This document shows, piece after piece, positions 1 through 7,443 of a stretch of DNA of 12,614 bases (positions are counted from its first letter, which is position 1; each line of letters starts with the position of its first letter). A program made the position numbers and the translations under genes. The notes under the pieces were generated by a model, which saw only the letters and a list, made by a program, of their open reading frames with translations, ran no database searches and was not told the origin of the DNA. Source of the DNA: Nanobdellota archaeon (GTDB lineage Archaea; Nanobdellota; Nanobdellia; SCGC-AAA011-G17; JACPNG01); assembly GCA_038046345.1 (NCBI GenBank), contig JBBSWJ010000016.1, forward strand, positions 1 through 12,614. Reading direction: 5' to 3'.

Positions 1-162
1 AAGAAGGAATTAAAGGATGTTCCCGGATTAAAGCCGTTCTTTAAATTATCACCACCTCTCAAGGGATTTGAAAGAAAGGGGATAAAGACGCCTTTCAGCC
101 TTGGCGGAGCATTGGGATACAGAAAAGATAAGATCAATGAGCTTATACGGAGAATGCTATGA
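1..162 (+). CDS. rpl30: 50S ribosomal protein uL30 (L30P), 3' part only (5' truncated by window edge)
   Basis: Not in the ORF track. Frame 1 reads [53 protein letters not shown], matching the archaeal uL30 C-terminal signature (F.L.PP..GF..KGIK..F..GGALGYR...INELI.RM). Its TGA overlaps the uL15 ATG (ATGA, 159-162), and uL30-uL15-secY is the canonical order. Confidence 0.93.
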   Translation, partial: KKELKDVPGLKPFFKLSPPLKGFERKGIKTPFSLGGALGYRKDKINELIRRML

Positions 163-587
163 ACAAAAAACGCAAAAAAAACACAAGATTACGCGGATCA
201 AAGACCCATGGCTGGGGCATGAAAAAAAAGCATAGCGGATCAGGAAACAGAGGCGGAAAGGGTAATGCAGGAACAGGAAAGAGAGCAGACCATAAAAAGT
301 CATTGATACTAAAACTATATGGTAACCAATATTTTGGAAAACATGGATTTAAACGAAACAGCAGCTTGATAACAAAACAGAGAGTAATTAATGTCACAGA
401 ATTAAATAAATTTGATAACGAAATAAACCTAACGGAACTTGGCATAACCAAACTATTGGGTGGAGGGCGGCTGGAAAAAAAACTTACAATCACCGTAGAT
501 CACGCCTCAGCAAGAGCCATAGAAAAAATTAAAAACGCAGGGGGCAAAATTATTACCCATGAGCAAGTTTCGAGAGATACTAAGTAA
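159..587 (+). CDS. rpl15: 50S ribosomal protein uL15 (L15P)
   Basis: N-terminal [11 protein letters not shown]...[12 protein letters not shown] and C-terminal KLLGGG...[21 protein letters not shown] motifs. Sits between uL30 and secY. Confidence 0.97.
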   Translation: MNKKRKKNTRLRGSKTHGWGMKKKHSGSGNRGGKGNAGTGKRADHKKSLILKLYGNQYFGKHGFKRNSSLITKQRVINVTELNKFDNEINLTELGITKLLGGGRLEKKLTITVDHASARAIEKIKNAGGKIITHEQVSRDTK

Positions 588-1965
588 TCTCCCAGAAGTA
601 AGTGGACCAGAAAAAAGGCTGACATTTAAACAAAAGCTTAACTGGACAATAATAATACTAGTTTCTTTTTTTGTGCTGTCAATAATCCCATTGTGGGGCC
701 TTGGCCCAAACAACCTAGCACAATTTGAGCAATTATCAATCATACTTGGAGCAAGCTTTGGCAGTATCATAAGCTTAGGAATCGGTCCATTAGTAACTGC
801 ATCTATAGTCTTACAATTGTTGAATGGATCAGGACTACTTAAATTTGACACAACATCCCAAGAAGGAAGAGTATTCTTTCAAGGCGTACAAAAAACTCTT
901 GGATTTTTCTTTATAATATTTGAAGCATCAGTATTTGTGCTATTAGGCGGATTGTCCCCAACTGAAGGATTAGCATTAAACCAATACCGAATTATCCAGT
1001 TTGCACTGATAGGACAACTAGTAATTGGAGGAGTACTAATCATGCTAATGGACGAAGTCGTATCTAAATGGGGATTTGGATCCGGATTAAGCTTATTCAT
1101 TGCAGCAGGAGTGGCAGAACAAATATTTGTAAGAGCATTTTCCCCACTAAGCCAAGCAGGAACATGGGCTTTAGGTACAGGACTTGATCCAATAGGACAG
1201 GTATGGGTATTACTAAAAAGCGTTTTCTCAGCAAATGTTGATGGAGCAGTCTTAGCATTTGCAGGAATAACTGCAACATTACTTGTATTTGTAATAAGCG
1301 TATACGGCCAAGCAATGAAAGTAGAAATACCACTATCATTTGGAAGGATTCGCGGGCAAGGAATACGATGGCCTCTAAATTTTATTTACACATCTAATAT
1401 CCCGGTAATCTTAATAGCTGCATTAATAGCTAACATCCAATTATGGGCAAGATTAATTGACAAACCATGGCTCGGCACATTTTCTGGTGGATTACCGACA
1501 GGCGGAATAGTATCATGGCTGTACGGACCAAACATTGTTCAAGCAATATATTTTGGTATAAGAAGCGGAAGTTTTGAAGGAACAATCCTACTCCAAGCAT
1601 TAGTATATGTTCTATTTTTTATTTTTGGATCAATAATCTTTAGCATATTCTGGGTGCAAACAAGCGGAATGGACGCAAAAAGCCAAGCAAAACAAATAAT
1701 GGCATCTGGGCTACAAATTCCGGGGTTTAGAAGGGACCCAAGAGTAATAGAGCAGCTGCTATCAAGATATATCTCACCACTAACAGTCATGGGCGGAGCG
1801 TTTGTAGGATTTTTAGCGGCAACAGCAGACCTGCTTGGAGCATTAAGCGCAGGAACAGGAATACTGCTTATGGTTATGATAATTTACAGGTTATATGAAG
1901 AAATTGCAAAAGAACATATGATGGATGTACATCCAGCAATAAAAAAAGTAATTGGAGGAGCATAA
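559..1965 (+). CDS. secY: Preprotein translocase subunit SecY (Sec61 alpha)
   Basis: 468 aa polytopic membrane protein with LGIGPLVTASIVLQLL, DEVVSKWGFGSGLSLFI, YTSNIPVIL, IPGFRR and GTGILLMV motifs. Canonical position after uL15 (29-nt overlap). Confidence 0.98.
   Translation: MSKFREILSNLPEVSGPEKRLTFKQKLNWTIIILVSFFVLSIIPLWGLGPNNLAQFEQLSIILGASFGSIISLGIGPLVTASIVLQLLNGSGLLKFDTTSQEGRVFFQGVQKTLGFFFIIFEASVFVLLGGLSPTEGLALNQYRIIQFALIGQLVIGGVLIMLMDEVVSKWGFGSGLSLFIAAGVAEQIFVRAFSPLSQAGTWALGTGLDPIGQVWVLLKSVFSANVDGAVLAFAGITATLLVFVISVYGQAMKVEIPLSFGRIRGQGIRWPLNFIYTSNIPVILIAALIANIQLWARLIDKPWLGTFSGGLPTGGIVSWLYGPNIVQAIYFGIRSGSFEGTILLQALVYVLFFIFGSIIFSIFWVQTSGMDAKSQAKQIMASGLQIPGFRRDPRVIEQLLSRYISPLTVMGGAFVGFLAATADLLGALSAGTGILLMVMIIYRLYEEIAKEHMMDVHPAIKKVIGGA
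1954..1958 (+). promoter_or_regulatory. Shine-Dalgarno-like site for the DUF106 gene
   Basis: GGAGG 7 nt upstream of ATG 1966, inside the secY 3' end (it also encodes Gly-Gly). Confidence 0.45.
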
Positions 1966-2409
1966 ATGGGATTTAATGATATAGTTGGAACTGCACTTGA
2001 CCCAATATTAAACTTACATCCATTATGGGGATTAATCTTAGTCACACTGGGAGTTAATTTGATAATCACATTAGCTTACAAGTATTTAACAGATCAAGAA
2101 GTATTAAAAAGCTTGAAAGAGGAAACAAAAGAATTACAAAAAAAAATGAAAGAAATGAAAAATGATAAGGACATGCTAATGCAACTACAAAAACAAAGCT
2201 TTGAAAAAAGCATTGCTAGCTTTAAACAAAGTTTCAAACCAATGATTGTAACAATGTTGCCACTATTGGTGGTATTTGGCTATCTGCGTGCTTATTACAC
2301 TGGTTTAGGCGATCCGAAACTTTTTTTAACCTTTGGATGGTTAGGTACATACCTTATATTTAGTATAGTCTTCAATTTAGCATTAAGGAAGCTATTTAAG
2401 GTGCACTAA
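1966..2409 (+). CDS. DUF106 / EMC3-TMCO1 family membrane protein (archaeal Oxa1/YidC-superfamily insertase-like)
   Basis: 147 aa. One TM, then a coiled-coil (TDQEVLKSLKEETKELQKKMKE), then SFKPMIVTMLPLL and a C-terminal GWLGTYLIFSIVFNLALRKL helix. This is the usual gene between secY/adk and eL34 in archaea. Confidence 0.88.
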   Translation: MGFNDIVGTALDPILNLHPLWGLILVTLGVNLIITLAYKYLTDQEVLKSLKEETKELQKKMKEMKNDKDMLMQLQKQSFEKSIASFKQSFKPMIVTMLPLLVVFGYLRAYYTGLGDPKLFLTFGWLGTYLIFSIVFNLALRKLFKVH

Positions 2410-2410
2410 T

Positions 2411-2662
2411 ATGAGAAAACGAATAATAAAAAGAACAAGCCCTGGCGGAGTAAGGAAGGTAGTAAGAGTAAAACCAAAACCTGGCAGGGTTAGATGCGCA
2501 ATGTGCTTTGAATCATTACATGGAATAAAAGCCATGAGTAATGCTAAAAAAAGAAACACTGCAAAGAGTGAGAAAAGAGTAAACAGACGTTTTGGCGGAC
2601 TGTTATGCAGTAAATGTTCAAGAAAAAAGATAAGCCAAAATGTAAGGAGCAACAATGTTTGA
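2411..2662 (+). CDS. rpl34e: 50S ribosomal protein eL34 (L34e)
   Basis: SPGG motif, CxxC...LHG, and RRFGGLLCSKC (second CxxC), so four potential Zn ligands. Canonical position. Confidence 0.95.
   Translation: MRKRIIKRTSPGGVRKVVRVKPKPGRVRCAMCFESLHGIKAMSNAKKRNTAKSEKRVNRRFGGLLCSKCSRKKISQNVRSNNV
2645..2649 (+). promoter_or_regulatory. Shine-Dalgarno-like site for rpl14e
   Basis: AGGAG 5 nt upstream of ATG 2655. Confidence 0.5.
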
Positions 2663-2990
2663 TATTGGAAGAATCTGCGTAAAACTTGCAGGAAAAGAAT
2701 CAGGAAGAACATGTGTAGTAGTTGATAAGATTGATGATAAAACTGTGCTTATTGACGGCGACGTAAAAAGAAGAAACTGTAACTTATTACATTTAGAACC
2801 AACAAATAATGTGATTAAGATAAAGAAAGGAGCTTCAACAGCAGAGATAAAGAAAGAGCTTAAATCTGGTGGCATGATAGTAACTGAAAAGAAAAATAAA
2901 GAAAAGACAACAGAAAAACCAATAAAAAGGCGCAGTGCCAAGAAACCTAAGACAAAAGAAGAAACCGTTCCTAAAAAAGGAAAGAAATGA
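2655..2990 (+). CDS. rpl14e: 50S ribosomal protein eL14 (L14e) with Lys-rich C-terminal tail
   Basis: MFDIGRICVKLAGKESGRTCVVVDKIDDKTVLIDG..KRRNCNLLHLEPT is the eL14 signature. Overlaps the eL34 stop; AGGAG at 2645-2649. Confidence 0.95.
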   Translation: MFDIGRICVKLAGKESGRTCVVVDKIDDKTVLIDGDVKRRNCNLLHLEPTNNVIKIKKGASTAEIKKELKSGGMIVTEKKNKEKTTEKPIKRRSAKKPKTKEETVPKKGKK

Positions 2991-3367
2991 CAAAAGAAGA
3001 AAAGTTAATGCAATATAGCTCACTTAATCAGCAGATACAACATGTACAACAACAATTAGAAGTAGTTGGGCAACAAGCAGCTGAGCTACAACAAATTGAA
3101 GAAAATATTGAAGGATTAAACTCCATAAAAGAAGAAAGTGATGCTTATCTAAACATTGGTGCAGGCATATTAATAAAAGCAAAGGTAAAGTCCATGAAAA
3201 ACGTGTACATGACTGTTGGAGCAAATATACTAACAGTAAAAAGTTTAGACGAAGCAAAAGATGTAATCTCAAATCAGGTTAAAGAACTACAACGCCTTAC
3301 TACCCATTTACAAGGTATTATCATTAAAAACTTAAAAGAAATAGAATCATTAAAAGCTGAACCTTAA
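2987..3367 (+). CDS. pfdA: Prefoldin subunit alpha
   Basis: 126 aa, coiled-coil / beta-hairpins / coiled-coil layout with YLNIGAGILIKAKV..MKNVYMTVGANILTVKSLDEA, typical of prefoldin alpha (two hairpins). ATGA overlap with the eL14 stop. Confidence 0.9.
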   Translation: MTKEEKLMQYSSLNQQIQHVQQQLEVVGQQAAELQQIEENIEGLNSIKEESDAYLNIGAGILIKAKVKSMKNVYMTVGANILTVKSLDEAKDVISNQVKELQRLTTHLQGIIIKNLKEIESLKAEP

Positions 3368-3413
3368 ACTATTTGGAGTGTATAATCTGATTACAATGGT
3401 TTATACATAATAA

Positions 3414-3421
3414 TTATTAAA
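3414..3421 (+). promoter_or_regulatory. Candidate archaeal TATA box for the primase-ATPase-rlmE unit
   Basis: TTATTAAA ends 23 nt before the ATG at 3445, inside the only sizeable gap (77 nt) after the ribosomal operon. AT-rich background weakens this call. Confidence 0.4.
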
Positions 3422-3444
3422 TAACTAACTGCCTTAATGATGGA

Positions 3445-4749
3445 ATGAATCATATTCTTAGTTTCTACAGCAGGAGGGATATACAAAATGCCATAATAAA
3501 GAGCTGTATGTCCAGAGAAGTTGCAGTAAAATATGGAACCGGAGGTTATGGAAAGCGACCAGATGTGCTACAATTTCCGGGTGATGTGCTTGCCTTAGCA
3601 ACGGCGGGGGCAACAAGCTTTCATATCTCAGAAGAGAGATGGCACAATCCTTTAAACTTAAAAGTAGGCATGACAAAGGGACAGTTAGATGAATTAAGAG
3701 CAGGATGGGATTTACTATTAGACATTGATTCTAACTTTATTGAATATTCAAAAATTGCAGGCCGACTATTAGTTGATGCTTTAGAGTTTCATGAAGTAAG
3801 AAGCATTGGAGTAAAATTCTCAGGAAGAGCAGGGCTACATATTATGGTACCATTCGAAAGTTTTCCAAGCGAAGTAAATAACCAAAAAACAAAAGTATTG
3901 TTCCCAGATGGAACACGCGCAATTGCTAAATACCTTAAAACAATGATTGAAGCTCCATTACGGGATGAGATACTTAGCATAAGCAGGATAGAAGACATAA
4001 CTAAAGCAACAGGGAAGAGTGTCAGCGAACTAACCCAAAAAAACATTTTTGATCCATTCAAAGTTGTAGACATTGATCCTATATTAATCTCTTCCAGGCA
4101 TTTATTCAGAAGTCCATACAGCTTTAACGAAAAATCTGGATTAGTAAGCATCCCTCTTAAAAAAGACCAAATTAAAAACTTCAAAGTATCCCAAGCTGTT
4201 CATGACAAGGTTACAACTGATGTACCATTTACAATAGATAAAAACCAAATGGAAACTGAAGCTGCACGGCTGCTGATACAAGCATTTGATTACAAACAAA
4301 AAAATAAAGCTGTAGAAATAAAAAAAGATAAACCGGACTACACCACCCCGGAAGTAGCAATAAAACCAAATTATTTTCCACCATGCATAACATCCCTGCT
4401 ACAAGGAGTAAAAACCGATGGAAGAAAAAGAGCATTGTTTATTCTATTAAACTTTTTACACCACACTGGATATGATAAAGAAAGCATAAGAAGAATATTA
4501 CATGAATGGAACATAAAAAACTACGAACAATTACGTGAAGGGTACATAACTGGGCAGATAGAATGGCAAGGAAAACAGAAGGCTATTTTGCCACCTAACT
4601 GTGCCAACCAGTCATATTATACTGCACTAGGTGTATGCGCCCCTGATAATTTATGCCACAAAATAAAAAATCCAGTACAATACTCAACAAGAAAGATATG
4701 GGCAGAGAAACAACACAAGAAGAAAGTATTAAAAGAAAAAAAGAGTTAA
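3445..4749 (+). CDS. priS: DNA primase, single-chain fusion of PriS catalytic domain and PriL C-terminal Fe-S domain
   Basis: AEP motifs D93-I-D95 (WDLLLDID), S126-G-R-A-G-L-H132, and DID...RHLFRSPYSFNEKSG. The C-terminal PriL-CTD-like region has FPPC314...PPNC386...GVC398...LC404..IKNPVQY. Confidence 0.92.
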   Translation: MNHILSFYSRRDIQNAIIKSCMSREVAVKYGTGGYGKRPDVLQFPGDVLALATAGATSFHISEERWHNPLNLKVGMTKGQLDELRAGWDLLLDIDSNFIEYSKIAGRLLVDALEFHEVRSIGVKFSGRAGLHIMVPFESFPSEVNNQKTKVLFPDGTRAIAKYLKTMIEAPLRDEILSISRIEDITKATGKSVSELTQKNIFDPFKVVDIDPILISSRHLFRSPYSFNEKSGLVSIPLKKDQIKNFKVSQAVHDKVTTDVPFTIDKNQMETEAARLLIQAFDYKQKNKAVEIKKDKPDYTTPEVAIKPNYFPPCITSLLQGVKTDGRKRALFILLNFLHHTGYDKESIRRILHEWNIKNYEQLREGYITGQIEWQGKQKAILPPNCANQSYYTALGVCAPDNLCHKIKNPVQYSTRKIWAEKQHKKKVLKEKKS

Positions 4750-4756
4750 TAAGGCA

Positions 4757-6073
4757 GTGGCTTACGACATAATAATAGGAAGAGATGATACTGACCGAGA
4801 AAAGTTTGGAAAAACAGGATTAATCTTTCTTGGAAAAAGTTATGTAAAAATGGGACAAACTACATCTTTATCTAATAATGTATACCTAGATGTGAATAAG
4901 GCACATGTAATACTAATCTGCGGAAAACGAGGCACTGGTAAAAGCTATTCTGCATCAGTCATAGCAGAAGAGATTTCAAGAATGCCAGAAGATATAAAAC
5001 AAAATATCTCAGTGCTAATCTTTGACACAATGGGGATATTCTGGACAATGAAATTCCCAAACATACGACAAGAAAAACTACTAAGAGAATGGGGAATTGA
5101 ACCGAGCGCAATAGATATAGACATTTACACTCCAACAGGCTACTTTAAGGAATACCAAGAAAAAGGAATAGCAACAGACTATGCATTTGCAATAAAAACA
5201 TCTGACCTAAATGCAGGAGACTGGGCAGAAGTATTCGAAGTTTCATTAACAGACCCAATAGGTGTGATCATAGAAAAAATAATAATCAAACTAAAAGAAA
5301 AAGAAAACTACTCAGTAAAAGATATCATAGAAGGAATAATGAAAGACGAAACAACAGAAACAACAACAAAAAATGCAGCAATAAACAGGTTTGTAGCAGC
5401 AGACTCATGGGGGCTGTTCAATGAATATGGGAGTACAATAAATGATATAATAAAAGCTGGAAGAGTATCAATCTTGGATGTGAGTTGTTACACAAGTGTA
5501 TCAGGAAGTTGGGGGATAAAAAACCTAGTGATAAACTACTTATGCGGAAAGTTGTTAACCTCAAGAATAACCTCAAGAAAAGAAGAAGAAAAGAAATCAA
5601 TAGAAACAGAAGGAAGATTTTTTTCAGAAATCCCAACAAAAAAAGCTCCTTTAACATGGGTTATGATTGATGAAGCACATCAGGTTTTACCTAAAGATGA
5701 TAAAACTGATGGAACAAATGCCATAATTCAATTATTAAGAGAGGGACGACAACCGGGGATTAGTTTAGTTCTAGCAACACAACAACCAGGGGAAATTAAT
5801 AAGGAAGTGCTAACACAGTCAGACATTGTATTATCTCATAAGCTAACTTCCGCAATAGACATGGCTGCATTAAGCAGTATGATGCAAAGTTACTTACTCT
5901 CTGATATTAATGAGTATATCAATGACCTGCCCAAACTAACAGGATCAGCAATAATCTTAGATGATAACTCTGAAAGAATTTATCCATTAAGAGTACACCC
6001 AAAAAGAAGCTGGCATGGTGGAGAAACACCATCTGTATTAATTCAAAAAAAAGAGTTCAACTTAAACATATGA
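4757..6073 (+). CDS. HerA/FtsK-superfamily (DUF87-like) P-loop ATPase
   Basis: GTG start. Walker A GKRGTGKS, IFDTMG, Walker B VMIDEAH, LLREGRQPGISLVLATQQP (arginine-finger region), and C-terminal HPKRSWHGGETP. No N-terminal HAS barrel is visible. Left without a symbol because nurA/rad50/mre11 are not adjacent. Confidence 0.85.
   Translation: MAYDIIIGRDDTDREKFGKTGLIFLGKSYVKMGQTTSLSNNVYLDVNKAHVILICGKRGTGKSYSASVIAEEISRMPEDIKQNISVLIFDTMGIFWTMKFPNIRQEKLLREWGIEPSAIDIDIYTPTGYFKEYQEKGIATDYAFAIKTSDLNAGDWAEVFEVSLTDPIGVIIEKIIIKLKEKENYSVKDIIEGIMKDETTETTTKNAAINRFVAADSWGLFNEYGSTINDIIKAGRVSILDVSCYTSVSGSWGIKNLVINYLCGKLLTSRITSRKEEEKKSIETEGRFFSEIPTKKAPLTWVMIDEAHQVLPKDDKTDGTNAIIQLLREGRQPGISLVLATQQPGEINKEVLTQSDIVLSHKLTSAIDMAALSSMMQSYLLSDINEYINDLPKLTGSAIILDDNSERIYPLRVHPKRSWHGGETPSVLIQKKEFNLNI
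5556..5579 (+). repeat. Perfect 12-bp tandem duplication TAACCTCAAGAA x2 inside the ATPase gene
   Basis: 5556-5567 and 5568-5579 are identical. The repeat is frame-preserving and lies in the LTSRITSRK stretch. Confidence 0.85.
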
Positions 6074-6636
6074 AAGATTATTACACGAAAAAAGCCAGAG
6101 AAGAAGGATACCCTGCAAGATCCGCATATAAACTAAAACAGGTCAATAAGAAGTTCAGGATAATAAGAAATAAAGATCGCGTGCTTGACTTAGGATGCTC
6201 ACCTGGCGGGTGGAGCAAAGTTGCATTAGAATGCGTTGGTAATGAAGGCGCTGTTATTGGGGTAGATATTAACCCCCCAGAAGTTAGCAGCAAAAACTTT
6301 GAGTATATTAAGCTAGATATTTACGACGAAAAAATAATTGAAAAGATACATGGAACATTTAATGTTGTTATAAGCGACGCGTCACCAAGAACAACTGGAC
6401 AGAAGCTATTTGATCAAGAAGCAAGTTACTGGTTAGCATTAAGATCCTTAGAAGTTGCATGCAAAAAGCTAAACTATGGTGGCTATTTTATATGTAAAAT
6501 ATTTCAAGGCCCTAACTATAATAATTTTTTAACCGCCGTCAAAAAAAAGTTTAAATATGTAAAAACAGTTAAGCCAGACGCATCAAAAAGCAAAAGCAAA
6601 GAGATGTTCTTGGTAGGATTAAGATTTAAAGGATAA
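6070..6636 (+). CDS. rlmE: 23S rRNA (uridine-2'-O)-methyltransferase RlmE/FtsJ
   Basis: DYYTKKAREEGYPARSAYKL, VLDLGCSPGGWS, VISDASP, FICKIFQG and SKEMFLV give the K-D-K-E catalytic tetrad. ATGA overlap with the ATPase stop. Confidence 0.95.
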   Translation: MKDYYTKKAREEGYPARSAYKLKQVNKKFRIIRNKDRVLDLGCSPGGWSKVALECVGNEGAVIGVDINPPEVSSKNFEYIKLDIYDEKIIEKIHGTFNVVISDASPRTTGQKLFDQEASYWLALRSLEVACKKLNYGGYFICKIFQGPNYNNFLTAVKKKFKYVKTVKPDASKSKSKEMFLVGLRFKG

Positions 6637-6639
6637 TAC

Positions 6640-7443
6640 TTAAATCTTAAAATCTACACATAATCTGAACCATCGTGGAGCATACATTCCTGTTCTAACA
6701 ACTCGCAGTATTTTTGCATTAGGGAAGATATTTTTAATCTCGATTTTAGATTTATCAAACTCACCATCATGCTGAAAATCATAAAAATGTATCATTGCAC
6801 CTTTTTTTGCTAGTTTTGGAATTATACCCAAAAATTTTTCACCATCACCTGGAAGCGGCATAATTATCCTGTCAAATTTTGTTTTAGGGGTGTATTTTCT
6901 TACATCAGAATTAATAAACTCTATGTTATCAACTTTATTATATTTTAAGTTTTCAACAGCAAATTTATGGGCATGGTTGTTTAGTTCAACACCAACTATT
7001 TTTTTCGCATTAGAATGTTTAGCAATAATAAAAGGATAAATACCAACACCAGAAAACAAAACTAAAACGGATTCACCCTTCTTAACTAATTTAGCGATCC
7101 TTAATCTTTCTGAACTTAAACGAGGAGAAAAATAACAAGTATCAATATTTAATCTAACTCTAACGCCTGATTCCTTATGCTCTGTAATCTTACTTCTTTT
7201 ACCTGCAATAATCTTTACTTTTTTAGTACGAAATATTCCAGAATGCTTACTCACTTTTTTAACAACGGTTTTAATCGGCTTATTAATCTCTATCAAAGTA
7301 TTACCTATAATCCTTTCTTTTTTGCTAAGCCCTTCAGGAAATTCAGAGAAAATTGCAATGCTGCCAACCTGATCAAATGCCTTAGGAACTAGATCTAACT
7401 CTTCTTTAGTAAGCTTATCCTTAAGAGCATTTTTTAATAACAT
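6640..7443 (-). CDS. trm5: tRNA G37 methyltransferase of the Trm5 family (aTrm5a/Taw22-Taw21-like), lacking N-terminal D1 domain
   Basis: VPKAFDQVGSIAI, SGIFR, HKESG, YFSPRLSSERLRI, VLVLFSGVGIYP, GVELN, FDRIIMPLP, IHFYDF and C-terminal RLCVDF motifs. Only about 20 aa precede the D2 domain. The start abuts the FEN1 stop. Confidence 0.85.
   Translation of the reverse strand: MLLKNALKDKLTKEELDLVPKAFDQVGSIAIFSEFPEGLSKKERIIGNTLIEINKPIKTVVKKVSKHSGIFRTKKVKIIAGKRSKITEHKESGVRVRLNIDTCYFSPRLSSERLRIAKLVKKGESVLVLFSGVGIYPFIIAKHSNAKKIVGVELNNHAHKFAVENLKYNKVDNIEFINSDVRKYTPKTKFDRIIMPLPGDGEKFLGIIPKLAKKGAMIHFYDFQHDGEFDKSKIEIKNIFPNAKILRVVRTGMYAPRWFRLCVDFKI

Noticed and set aside
3437-3448. Mini-ORF ATG ATG GAA TGA overlapping the primase start
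   Set aside because: Three codons, probably upstream of or at the transcription start; no evidence of function.
3445-6073. Integrated plasmid or virus replication module (primase plus ATPase)
   Set aside because: The primase is the cellular fused PriS-PriL type. No integrase, att repeat or capsid gene is present, and the unit runs straight into housekeeping rlmE.
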